Source: an uncultured Ignavibacteria bacterium
GTDB taxonomy: Bacteria; Zixibacteria; MSB-5A5; CAIYYT01
Assembly (NCBI GenBank): GCA_964592145.1
Contig: CAZQBX010000006.1
Coordinates: 32,789-96,788, forward strand
Reading direction: 5' to 3'
Length of the DNA: 64,000 nt
Positions 9,343 through 17,757 of the stretch are shown one piece after another. Made by a program: the position numbers and the translations under genes. Positions within the stretch are counted from its first letter, which is position 1; each line of letters opens with the position of its first letter. The notes below the pieces were generated by a model, which was not told the DNA's origin, ran no database searches, and worked only from the letters and a program-made list of their open reading frames with translations.

Positions 9343-10482
9343 CTACCCCTCACACGGCGCCGGTCCGCCGGCAAAGATGTGATTGATCAAATACACCGCA
9401 TCAGAAATCGTTATCACACTGTCAAGATTGACATCCCCAGAGACCAGTGGCGCCGGAGGCGCACCACCAGCAAACACATAATTGATCAGGTAAACCGCGT
9501 CCGAGATATTGACAACATCACTCCCATCCACATCCCCGCACCGATAGTATTCCTCAAAACGAATCAACATCTGCGTCAGCGATGTCAACATGGACCACGT
9601 GTCGACCATCATGAAAACTGTCCCTTCTGGCAAGCTCACCCCCCTGACTCCATACTCATGCCCAAGACTGTCCACCGCCTTTGCCAAGCACTCCGTCGTC
9701 GGTGGGCAAGTCAAATTCAGAGCAAATCCGCTCCCAGCGACACCTCCCGGATTGAGATTGATATTCACCCGCAAGCTTTCGGGCAGGGTAAAACTCAATA
9801 ACAAATCCTCACCATTATCGTGAGCACCAAGACATGTTTGATTGTAGTTGTCCTCCGAACCACTCGTCATCTCCGGTCCGATTGTGAGGGGAAGATCCGC
9901 TCGACTCAGCGTGTAGAACAACGGCAGATCGCAACTGACGCCCCACGGATCGGGATAGAAGCGAGTAATCTGCAATTCAAACTCCGGAATACAATTCGGC
10001 GACGGCCAGGTATCGACCATAATGTAATAGGTGCCGATATCCAAGAAGACATGGTTGATATATTGCGGCTGCCCGCTGCTGCCTGTGCTAAATGCCAGGC
10101 AGTCGTTATCGGGCGGACAACTATTGTCGATGGCAAAACCGGCCCATCCGGTTCCTTTGGGATCGAGCCGCAAGTAGGCATGCATCGGCTGTTGCACTTC
10201 AAGCTGAATGAGGTAATCCTCACCGCCATCGTAACTGCCGAGACAAGTCGAACTGTAATCATTATTGTGTAAACAAGTCGACAGTCCAGACAAAGTCATC
10301 TGGTCAAGCCACAGCGGAAAGACAACGTACTGCGGAATGTCGCAATTGATGCCATCCATCGTTGGAATAGTCGTATCGCGAGCGGCCAAATCTTCGCCCC
10401 GTAATGCGGTACCTTGAAGAAAAACTAGTGCGGCAATCAGAAGCGCTACTACTCTGAATTTCCACCGATGCGGGAATTTCAT
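9343..10482 (-). CDS. Secreted protein with two tandem Cys-containing beta-sandwich-like modules and a C-terminal dockerin-like repeat pair
   Basis: Start chosen at MKFPHRW, with GGAGGG 7 nt upstream. It has a signal peptide and two ~130-aa internal repeats (TCLG.YD.GED...CPP..DCLA). The C-terminus has two GDV(D/N)xDxxIxISDAVYLINxxFAGG repeats, the type I dockerin pattern. Confidence 0.6.
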   Translation of the reverse strand: MKFPHRWKFRVVALLIAALVFLQGTALRGEDLAARDTTIPTMDGINCDIPQYVVFPLWLDQMTLSGLSTCLHNNDYSSTCLGSYDGGEDYLIQLEVQQPMHAYLRLDPKGTGWAGFAIDNSCPPDNDCLAFSTGSSGQPQYINHVFLDIGTYYIMVDTWPSPNCIPEFELQITRFYPDPWGVSCDLPLFYTLSRADLPLTIGPEMTSGSEDNYNQTCLGAHDNGEDLLLSFTLPESLRVNINLNPGGVAGSGFALNLTCPPTTECLAKAVDSLGHEYGVRGVSLPEGTVFMMVDTWSMLTSLTQMLIRFEEYYRCGDVDGSDVVNISDAVYLINYVFAGGAPPAPLVSGDVNLDSVITISDAVYLINHIFAGGPAPCEG

Positions 10483-10591
10483 CGGCCTACCCTCCACATG
10501 ATGACCGAAATGCAATAGCTACACGATTCGCGGCTGTCGGATTAATACGTCAATAAAATATACCATTATCTCCCCTTTGTCAAGCTCCGTA

Positions 10592-10617
10592 GGGTGGGTC
10601 TCCTTGCCGAAATCTCG
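10592..10617. repeat. Type 3 short intergenic repeat (second copy)
   Basis: ~22/25 identity to 9197-9221. It is followed by gacggagaccc, which can pair with gggtctcc. Confidence 0.45.
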
Positions 10618-10695
10618 TGACCTTTCAAGTCGCTCTGACGGAGACCCGCCGCAACCACTATCTGTCACCCATGTCCCTGGTCCAAGCCCTGCGAA

Positions 10696-10750
10696 ATTCC
10701 CCCCTCGAGAGGGGTGGCTTCCCGACGAAGTCGGGAAGACGGGGTGTGTC
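10696..10750. repeat. Structured intergenic repeat, type 1 (copy A)
   Basis: attcccccctcgagagggg (6-bp hairpin) + cttcccgac-gaa-gtcgggaag (9-bp hairpin) + gacggggtgtgtc. Confidence 0.6.
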
Positions 10751-10811
10751 TTTCATGAGCTTCAAGAATCACAGCGCTCTACTGTGGGTTCGACTTCAGC
10801 CGAACAACCCC

Positions 10812-11879
10812 CTAATACTCCTTCAACTTCTCCTGCCCGCTCAAGTATCGCACTCCCGCCGCCGCCAACGCTTCCATCTCAAACTCGCCGCCCACGACAA
10901 TCACCTTGCCGAGGAATCCGATATACTTGCTGATCTCATCAACCAATCTCTGCGATTTCGCCATCCCGCCCGTCAAGACAATCGCCTCATACTTGCCGCG
11001 CAGTACCACCGCCGCCTGCCCGATCTCCTTGGCAACCTGATACGCCATCGCGTTGAAATACAACAGCGCCTTCTCGTCGCCGGCGCGGATCATCCTCTCG
11101 CACTCGCGTAGATCCGCCGCACCGATATATGCCACCAGCCCCGACTTGCGTGACAGCTTGTCGAGCATCTCTTTTTCTGTGAACTTGCCCGAGAAGCACA
11201 ACTTCACCAGCGGTCCCACTGGAAGCGCTCCCGCTCGATCAGGCGAAAACGGCCCCATCCCCAACAGCGCATCATTGACATCGACCACGCGGCCGCCCTC
11301 CAGTGCCGCTACCGACACCCCACCGCCCATGTGCGCGCAGACGTAGTTGACCTCTTCGAGCTTCTTGCCGATCTTCGCGGCCTCCCGACGGCACACTTCC
11401 TTGATATTCAACGCATGCACCCGGCACTTGCGTTCGATCTCCGGGATACCCGACACCCTCGCGATGTCGGTAAAATTGTCGACCGTGATCGGATCGGAAA
11501 TGAAGCACGGTACACCGAGCTTCTGCCCGAAGTGATGCGCAATGATTGCCCCCAGATTCGAGGCATGATTCGAGTACTTCATCGTCTGTAAATCAGACAG
11601 CATCTGCTCACTGATTGCATACGACCCGCCAGTGAGCGGTTTGACCGGCGCCCCGCGGCCGACCACGGCCGCAATCTGCTTCAAGTCGATCTTCGTCGAG
11701 TCCAGCCATTCATTGATTGCCGTCAACCGGAAATCCAGTGAGTCGGCGACATTGTCGAATTGCGCGAGATCGTGGGCATCGTGCCGGATGCCTTCTTCCG
11801 CGACTTTCTTTTCCCCATCGAACACCGCAACTTTCGTCGATGTCGACCCGGGATTGATGATGAGAAGGTAGTTGGGCAT
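10812..11879 (-). CDS. buk: Butyrate kinase (acetate/butyrate kinase family)
   Basis: 355 aa with N-terminal LIINPGSTSTK and the typical butyrate kinase length. It sits downstream of iorAB on the same strand. Confidence 0.85.
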   Translation of the reverse strand: MPNYLLIINPGSTSTKVAVFDGEKKVAEEGIRHDAHDLAQFDNVADSLDFRLTAINEWLDSTKIDLKQIAAVVGRGAPVKPLTGGSYAISEQMLSDLQTMKYSNHASNLGAIIAHHFGQKLGVPCFISDPITVDNFTDIARVSGIPEIERKCRVHALNIKEVCRREAAKIGKKLEEVNYVCAHMGGGVSVAALEGGRVVDVNDALLGMGPFSPDRAGALPVGPLVKLCFSGKFTEKEMLDKLSRKSGLVAYIGAADLRECERMIRAGDEKALLYFNAMAYQVAKEIGQAAVVLRGKYEAIVLTGGMAKSQRLVDEISKYIGFLGKVIVVGGEFEMEALAAAGVRYLSGQEKLKEY

Positions 11880-11974
11880 ATGTTCGTCCTCTATTACTTA
11901 GCTGGTCCGTACGCCCGATTCGCAACGAAGCGTCGAACCCGACAATAGACAATGCTATTTCTCAACACGGCTTC

Positions 11975-12076
11975 ATTCCCCTCTTGAGAGGGATGGCTCG
12001 GACGCCCGAAGGATGAGGGCGAACGAGACGGGGTGTGTTTCCCACTCTCCCCTGGCGAGACGGGTAGGGGTGAGGG
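11975..12076. repeat. Type 1 repeat (copy B) followed directly by a type 2 repeat, between iorB and buk
   Basis: Type 1 portion 11975-12038: attcccctcttgagaggg...ctcggacgcccgaaggatgagggcgaacgag...gacggggtgtgt. Type 2 portion 12039-12076: ttcccactctcccctggcgagacgggtaggggtgagggc. Confidence 0.6.
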
Positions 12077-12078
12077 CT

Positions 12079-12681
12079 TTACTTCGCCACTACTCCCAAA
12101 TGAATCCCCCGCCCTCGTGCAAACGCCTCCAAATTCACCGCGACGAACTTCTCCTTCACCAGCGACTTGATCACATCCACCCACAGCTTCTCTTCAAACG
12201 GAAGCAGATTCGCCAGCACACCGATCAGAATCGTATTAACCAGTCGCGGATTACCCAGCTCGCCCGCGATCTTGTCGGCTTCGACATCGATCACGTTATG
12301 TGCCTTGTTTTTCAAATCGGCAATCGCGTCGTCGGGGTAGTGGAACTCCTTCGATGAGGTCACAATCGCCGGCACCAACGTCGTATGCGACACAATAGCC
12401 GTTCCCGACTTCTTCATCCATCCGACAAAACGCAGCGCTTCCGCCTTCTCGAATCCCATCAAGATATCAACCTCGCCCTGCTGGATCGTCGGCGAATAAA
12501 CCTTCTTGCCGATCCGCACATGCGAGGTCACCACGCCGCCGCGCTGCGACATGCCGTGGATCTCCGACTTCTTGACATCCAGCCCGGCATGCATTGCGAC
12601 CTCGGAAATGATCTCGCTCGCCAGAAGCACGCCCTGCCCGCCGACACCGACAATGAGAATATTGTAAAACTGTTCAGACAT
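12079..12681 (-). CDS. iorB: Indolepyruvate:ferredoxin oxidoreductase subunit beta (2-oxoacid:Fd oxidoreductase gamma-like)
   Basis: 200 aa with N-terminal ILIVGVGGQGVLLAS, the POR gamma/IorB fold. It lies immediately downstream of iorA. Confidence 0.8.
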   Translation of the reverse strand: MSEQFYNILIVGVGGQGVLLASEIISEVAMHAGLDVKKSEIHGMSQRGGVVTSHVRIGKKVYSPTIQQGEVDILMGFEKAEALRFVGWMKKSGTAIVSHTTLVPAIVTSSKEFHYPDDAIADLKNKAHNVIDVEADKIAGELGNPRLVNTILIGVLANLLPFEEKLWVDVIKSLVKEKFVAVNLEAFARGRGIHLGVVAK

Positions 12682-12692
12682 TTCTTAACTCC

Positions 12693-14471
12693 TCACGCTT
12701 TCGCAAACTGGCTTTTGAGCAGGATCGCCTCGGTCGGGCAAATCTGCGCGCACAACGTGCAGCCCGTACAGAGTGTCTCATCGATGATCGCTTTCGGATG
12801 TCCGCGTTCGTTGGTCTCGTTGGCCGCCGCAATTGCCGGACAAGAAATCCTGAAGCACGCCGAACAGCCGTTGCACAATTCCAGATCGATCTGATACGGC
12901 TCATCCATGATCCGTTTCGGCATCAGCACGCAGGGCCGCGAGGTCAGTATCACCGACGGTCCCGGCGTTGCCATCTGGCGTTTCACACACTCAAGCGTCG
13001 CCTCGAAATCGTAGGCATCCACTTCCTCAAAATTCTTCACACCGAGCGCTTTCACGAGTTCGTGAATATCCGTCCGCCTGACCGGATCGCCCATCAGCGT
13101 CTTGCCGGTGCCGGGATGTTCCTGCCCGCCCGTCATCGCCGTCGCGCGATTGTCGAGAATGATCACCGTCACGTTCGACTGATTGTAAACCGCATCCAGC
13201 AGCCCCGTAATTCCCGAATGGAAAAACGTAGAGTCGCCGATCACCGCCACAGTTCCCGTCGCCGAGCCTTGCACCTTTTCCATTCCAATCGCATTGCCAA
13301 TCGACGCCCCCATGCAGATGCAAGTATCCAGCGCATTCAGCGGCTTGAGTACCCCGAGCGTGTAACAACCGATATCTCCCGTCACCGCAACACCAAGCTT
13401 CTTCAGCGCCATAAATGCCCCGCGATGCGGACACCCCGGACAAAGCACCGGTGGACGCGGGAATAAGTCTTCCTGCGTTATTTCCGGCACGACAATCTTG
13501 TCAATCAGGCCGGCTTCTTTCAATCCCCTAGCTACTCGCGAAGGCGACAACTCGCCCAGCGCCCCGAAATACTTCTTCCCCTCAACCTTGATTCCAGCGG
13601 CTTTGATCTGATCTTCATACACCGGTTCGAGCTCTTCCACAACGAGAGTGATATCATGTGCCGCGACAAACTGTCGGATACCATCCAATGGCAGCGGATA
13701 GCCAAATCCAATCTTGTAGTAGTCAAACTGCGGCGCCACTTCCTTGGCATATTGGTAAGCCACTCCGCCGGTGATGATCCCGACCTTGGAGCCGTTTGAT
13801 TCGATGTAGTTGAACGGTGTTTGCTCGGAGTACTTCGCGAGGTCGATGAGCCTTTGCTCGACAACAACGTGACGCACACGCGCATTCGAAGGTATCATCA
13901 CGTACTTTTCCGGATTCTTCACGAACTTGCGTTCCTGTGGATGCAGCGGCTCGATAACCTCGACAATTCCCATCGTGTGCGAAATCCGCGTCGTCATCCG
14001 CAACATCACCGGCGTATCGTAGCGCTCGGAAATCTCATAAGCCGCTACCAGCATGTCCTTCGATTCCTGCGAATCGGAAGGTTCCAGAAACGGGATATTC
14101 GCAAAGCGCGCGAAAATCCGGTTGTCCTGCTCATTCTGCGACGAGTGCATCTCGGGGTCGTCCGCCGACACCACCACGAACCCGCCGTTGACGCCGGTAT
14201 ACGCAAATGTCATCAGCGGATCGGCCGCGACATTCAGTCCGACATGCTTCATCGTTACCAGTGCTCGTGCTCCGCCAATCGAAGCCCCGATTCCCACTTC
14301 GAAGGCCACCTTCTCGTTCGGCGACCATTGCGAATAGACCGAGCGGTGACGTTCGGCCATAGTCTCGAGAATCTCAGTCGAGGGCGTCCCCGGATACCCG
14401 ACCGCCATCTTGACCCCGGCCTCATAAGCACCCCGCGCGACCGCTTCATTGCCCGACAAAAGTTGTTTCAT
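12693..14471 (-). CDS. iorA: Indolepyruvate:ferredoxin oxidoreductase subunit alpha
   Basis: 592 aa with a TPP-binding region (GDSTFFHSGITGLL) and two C-terminal 4Fe-4S ferredoxin motifs (CNGCSAC...CP and CTGCTLCAQICP). Confidence 0.85.
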   Translation of the reverse strand: MKQLLSGNEAVARGAYEAGVKMAVGYPGTPSTEILETMAERHRSVYSQWSPNEKVAFEVGIGASIGGARALVTMKHVGLNVAADPLMTFAYTGVNGGFVVVSADDPEMHSSQNEQDNRIFARFANIPFLEPSDSQESKDMLVAAYEISERYDTPVMLRMTTRISHTMGIVEVIEPLHPQERKFVKNPEKYVMIPSNARVRHVVVEQRLIDLAKYSEQTPFNYIESNGSKVGIITGGVAYQYAKEVAPQFDYYKIGFGYPLPLDGIRQFVAAHDITLVVEELEPVYEDQIKAAGIKVEGKKYFGALGELSPSRVARGLKEAGLIDKIVVPEITQEDLFPRPPVLCPGCPHRGAFMALKKLGVAVTGDIGCYTLGVLKPLNALDTCICMGASIGNAIGMEKVQGSATGTVAVIGDSTFFHSGITGLLDAVYNQSNVTVIILDNRATAMTGGQEHPGTGKTLMGDPVRRTDIHELVKALGVKNFEEVDAYDFEATLECVKRQMATPGPSVILTSRPCVLMPKRIMDEPYQIDLELCNGCSACFRISCPAIAAANETNERGHPKAIIDETLCTGCTLCAQICPTEAILLKSQFAKA

Positions 14472-14514
14472 CGTTATCTCGCTTTATGTAGAAAAGTACA
14501 AATCATCATCGTCG

Positions 14515-14583
14515 TATTCTCCCCTCGCCCGCTTGCGGGAGAAGGGCTGGGCCGAAGGTCCCGTCCTGCGGGAGGTGAGGGCC
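14515..14583. repeat. Type 2 repeat (copy in the iorA upstream region)
   Basis: tctcccctcgcccgcttgcgggagaagggc...ggaggtgagggc, sharing the tcccctc...gggag...ggtgagggc frame with 12039-12076 and 52761-52799. Confidence 0.5.
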
Positions 14584-14674
14584 TGATTCCTTGCCGCACA
14601 ACCACAATCAACACATCCCGTCTTCGAGTCTCATACTTCGACAAGAGGGGAATTGACTGACTGGACTTTCGTTG

Positions 14675-14736
14675 ATTCCCCTCTGGAGAGGGGTGTCCCG
14701 CGTCCGACGAAGGAGGGCGCGGGACGGGGTATGTCT
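14675..14736. repeat. Type 1 repeat (copy C)
   Basis: attcccctctggagagggg + gtcccgcg-tccgacgaaggagg-cgcgggac + ggggtatgt. The second stem has a different sequence from other copies but keeps the pairing. Confidence 0.6.
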
Positions 14737-14864
14737 GCGGGCCTCGCAGAAACAGCCCTGTCCGGTATCCACACCAATCCACCAACCTCGATGTGAATCT
14801 TTTCACAAATTAAGAGAATAACAGGATGAGAGCAACCCTTTTTTGCGGTGTTTTTAGGTGGTTC

Positions 14865-16544
14865 CTACCCTTTCACAATCTTCCTATACCGGTTCCGTCT
14901 GTTCTCAAACGGCTTGCCGCCCAGCTCACGCTTGTGCCAGTCTTCATATTCGCGATAGTTGCCCTCAAACCACCGCACATTGCCCTCGCCTTCGAACACA
15001 ATCAAGTGCGTGCAAATACGATCAAGGAAGAACCTGTCGTGGCTGATCACCATGGCACAACCCTTGAAGTTCATGATCGCCTCTTCCAGATTGCGCAGCA
15101 TATTCACATCGAGATCATTCGTCGGTTCGTCCAGAAGCAGCATGTTGCCGCCCGCCTTGAGCACCTTGGCCAAATGCGCACGGTTGCGCTCGCCGCCTGA
15201 CAACTCGTTCACCATTTTCTGCTGATCGGTCCCTTTGAACCCGAATCGCGCCAGATACTGCCGGATCGGAACTTCCAGCTTGCCCAGCATCACATTGTCG
15301 AGTCCGTCGCCGATCTCTTCGATCAAACTCACAGCCCCCTTGAACGAGTCGCGCTCCTGGTCAACGTATGCCAGTTGCACCGTCGCTCCGACTGTGACTT
15401 CGCCCGAGGTCGGCTTCTCCTGCCCGACAATCATCCGGAACATCGTCGTCTTGCCGGTGCCGTTTGGCCCCACCAAACCCACAATCGCCGAACGCGGCAC
15501 GATGAAATTGGCGCCCTTGAAGATCACCCGCTCGCCGTACTGCTTGGACACATTCTTGAACTCAATCACCGACTCGCCCAATTCCGGCCCCGGCGCGATT
15601 ACGATATTCGCGCCGCCTTCTTTGGCAGCAGCTTCTTCGCGCGCTACGAGCTGTTCGTACTCGATGATGCGTGAACGCGTCAATTCCTGCCGGTCGCGAT
15701 TCGACATCTTGATCCACGCTAACTCGCGATTAAGCATCCGCGAGCGCGGCGTCTCTTTCTTCTCATCGCCGGTAATCTTTGAGAGCTTCTGCTCCAGCCA
15801 CGAAGTGTAATTCCCCGAATACGGGATTCCGTACCCGCCCTCAAGTTCCAGAATCCATTTGGTAATATTGTCGAGGAAATACCGGTCATGCGTCACGATG
15901 ATCACCGTCCCCGGATAATCCTTGAGTTGCTCTTCCAGCCAGTCGACCGTCTCCGCATCGAGATGGTTCGTCGGTTCATCCAACAGCAGCAAATCCGGCC
16001 GCTCCAACAGCGCCTTGCATAGCGCCACCCGCCGCTTCTCTCCGCCCGACAGCGTCTCAACGATGCGGTCATCTTCCGGGAGACACAACGCATCCGCCGC
16101 CTGACGGATCGCGACGTCGAGATTCCAGGCGTCGGCGGCGTCAAGCTGCTCCTGCAGTTCGCCCAGCCTGTCCATCAACTTCTGCATTTTATCGTCCGGC
16201 ATCTCATCGCCCATCTTTGCCGTGATCTCGTTGTATTCGTTCATCATCGTCGTGACCTTGCCGAACGCCTGCTCGACAACGGTGCGAACCGTCGCCTTTT
16301 CGTCTAACAGCGGTTCTTGCATCACGATTCCGGAACGGAAATTGCCAATCAGCTTTGCCGTCCCTTGATAGGCATCATCCATACCCGCCATGATCTTGAG
16401 TACCGTCGACTTGCCCGAACCGTTTTCGCCGACGATTCCAATCTTGGCACCCGGGAAAAAACTCAAATTGATGTTCCGCAGGACCTGTTTCTGCCCATAG
16501 AACTTGTTCAGCCCCAACATTGTGAAAATGTATTGTTCAGCCAT
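14865..16544 (-). CDS. ettA: ABC-F ATPase, energy-dependent translational throttle EttA
   Basis: 559 aa with two ABC ATPase cassettes (GENGSGKST and GPNGTGKTT), the ABC-F architecture, and an EttA-like N-terminus (MAEQYIFTM). Confidence 0.85.
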   Translation of the reverse strand: MAEQYIFTMLGLNKFYGQKQVLRNINLSFFPGAKIGIVGENGSGKSTVLKIMAGMDDAYQGTAKLIGNFRSGIVMQEPLLDEKATVRTVVEQAFGKVTTMMNEYNEITAKMGDEMPDDKMQKLMDRLGELQEQLDAADAWNLDVAIRQAADALCLPEDDRIVETLSGGEKRRVALCKALLERPDLLLLDEPTNHLDAETVDWLEEQLKDYPGTVIIVTHDRYFLDNITKWILELEGGYGIPYSGNYTSWLEQKLSKITGDEKKETPRSRMLNRELAWIKMSNRDRQELTRSRIIEYEQLVAREEAAAKEGGANIVIAPGPELGESVIEFKNVSKQYGERVIFKGANFIVPRSAIVGLVGPNGTGKTTMFRMIVGQEKPTSGEVTVGATVQLAYVDQERDSFKGAVSLIEEIGDGLDNVMLGKLEVPIRQYLARFGFKGTDQQKMVNELSGGERNRAHLAKVLKAGGNMLLLDEPTNDLDVNMLRNLEEAIMNFKGCAMVISHDRFFLDRICTHLIVFEGEGNVRWFEGNYREYEDWHKRELGGKPFENRRNRYRKIVKG

Positions 16545-16849
16545 TCCTTGCGTCTTTCATGTCATTTTTGAAACACAAACCCGGATAACAACCATTAGCA
16601 TCGCCGGGGTTAGAAAACGGGAATGAATCGAATTAAGTCGCTGAAGTCAAGGGGATTGCGCCTGAAAACACTACTGGACTCGGCAACATCTCGCCGTTCA
16701 ATTGCCGCCATCTGTAGAAAATCGCTCCATTTAATCAATTTTCTCACCGCGACAGTGTACGGTTCAGAGTTTGTCCTACTCTGTTATCTGACTTTTATGT
16801 CGAAGCTGCCGGACGTACCCAATCAATCAGACAATCTTAGGAGGGAAGC

Positions 16850-17353
16850 GTGAGAAAATCAGCAAAAAGAGCGGTCGTTTCTGTATTAGTCGGCGGCTTA
16901 CTGCAAGTGGTCATCAGTGGATGCTCAAGCCAATCACCAATTGAACCAACAACCAATGAGTTGTCCGCCACTACCACTGTCGTTGGCCGCCCGGCAGTTA
17001 CTCACCTTGAAGACGCAACCATCGGAACCCAGCAACACCAGGGTAGTAACGATGCCCGCACTGCCATCGAGATTGCCGGAGCCGACCTTCGTGATGACGC
17101 AACCGTTGTGATCGATTTCACCGGACTGATTGTCGGATTCGATGTTGAAGCCCAAACCATCCGTCTGATGGAAATGCAGGGTACATTCAAAACCTGGACC
17201 GGTTATGTAACGGAGGATTCTGAATTGCTGGGTCTTGAAGGCGAAGTCGTTCAATTGTCAGATTTTGGCGTCTGTAGCCAGGCAATTGTCCGCGGGGAAC
17301 AGACCGGAGAGGCCGAATTCACGATTAACTACTTGAGAATGAAGAACTTCTAA
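16850..17353 (+). CDS. Hypothetical lipoprotein
   Basis: GTG start with AGGAGGG 6 nt upstream. It has a signal peptide and a lipobox (VISGCSS). No family recognised. Confidence 0.5.
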   Translation: MRKSAKRAVVSVLVGGLLQVVISGCSSQSPIEPTTNELSATTTVVGRPAVTHLEDATIGTQQHQGSNDARTAIEIAGADLRDDATVVIDFTGLIVGFDVEAQTIRLMEMQGTFKTWTGYVTEDSELLGLEGEVVQLSDFGVCSQAIVRGEQTGEAEFTINYLRMKNF

Positions 17354-17422
17354 GAACTGGTGATGATCTGCTGACGGCGGCAATAATATGAGCCGGCAGC
17401 GACGTCGGCAGTGATCCCCATA

Positions 17423-17446
17423 CGGGCGCAGGAATTCCTGCGCCCG
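17423..17446. other. Perfect 24-bp palindrome cgggcgcaggaa|ttcctgcgcccg
   Basis: Exact dyad symmetry centred on GAATTC, 70 bp downstream of the stop of the lipoprotein gene at 16850..17353. No U-tract follows. Confidence 0.5.
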
Positions 17447-17500
17447 TTCCCATTGCGAGACGAAATTTATCGAATATTAGCAAGTTCTATGAAAAACTTG

Positions 17501-17529
17501 TTGACACGATTCATAACACTGCATTAATT
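17501..17529 (+). promoter_or_regulatory. Candidate sigma70-type promoter (TTGACA-17nt-TTAATT)
   Basis: Consensus -35 TTGACA at 17501-17506, a 17-nt spacer and a -10-like TTAATT at 17524-17529. It lies ~230 nt upstream of the DUF4398 lipoprotein gene. Confidence 0.35.
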
Positions 17530-17675
17530 CGCCCCTTGTTTGATATGGGATTGTGAAAGGATGCGCAAGCGTTGCTGACATGGAGCGCATCCAACGTGAT
17601 CTGATTGACAGTTCCGGATTGAAAAATCCGGGGGAAATGAAAACAATAAGTTAACTGAAGAAAACTGCCTCGTCA

Positions 17676-17719
17676 GGATGGGTGCAAGCTAAGACAGCTT
17701 TCGCGTATCCTTTTTTTTT
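17676..17719 (+). terminator. Intrinsic (rho-independent) terminator-like hairpin with a 9-T tract
   Basis: A 15-nt imperfect stem (ggatgggtgcaagct / agctttcgcgtatcc), loop aagac, then TTTTTTTTT at 17711-17719. It lies only ~38 nt upstream of the ATG at 17758. Confidence 0.55.
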
Positions 17720-17757
17720 AACCCATTTCAGTCGAGGCCAAGAAAGGAAGTACCACC

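Noticed and set aside
10577-11111. Plus-strand ORFs (118 and 164 aa) spanning the buk 3' region
   Set aside because: They overlap the type 3 and type 1 repeats and the antisense of buk. Their composition (Pro/Arg/Ser-rich) is typical of out-of-frame GC-rich translation. No motifs.
12798-13466. 222-aa plus-strand ORF inside iorA
   Set aside because: Extremely Arg-rich antisense frame of a high-GC gene. The iorA product has clear TPP and ferredoxin motifs.
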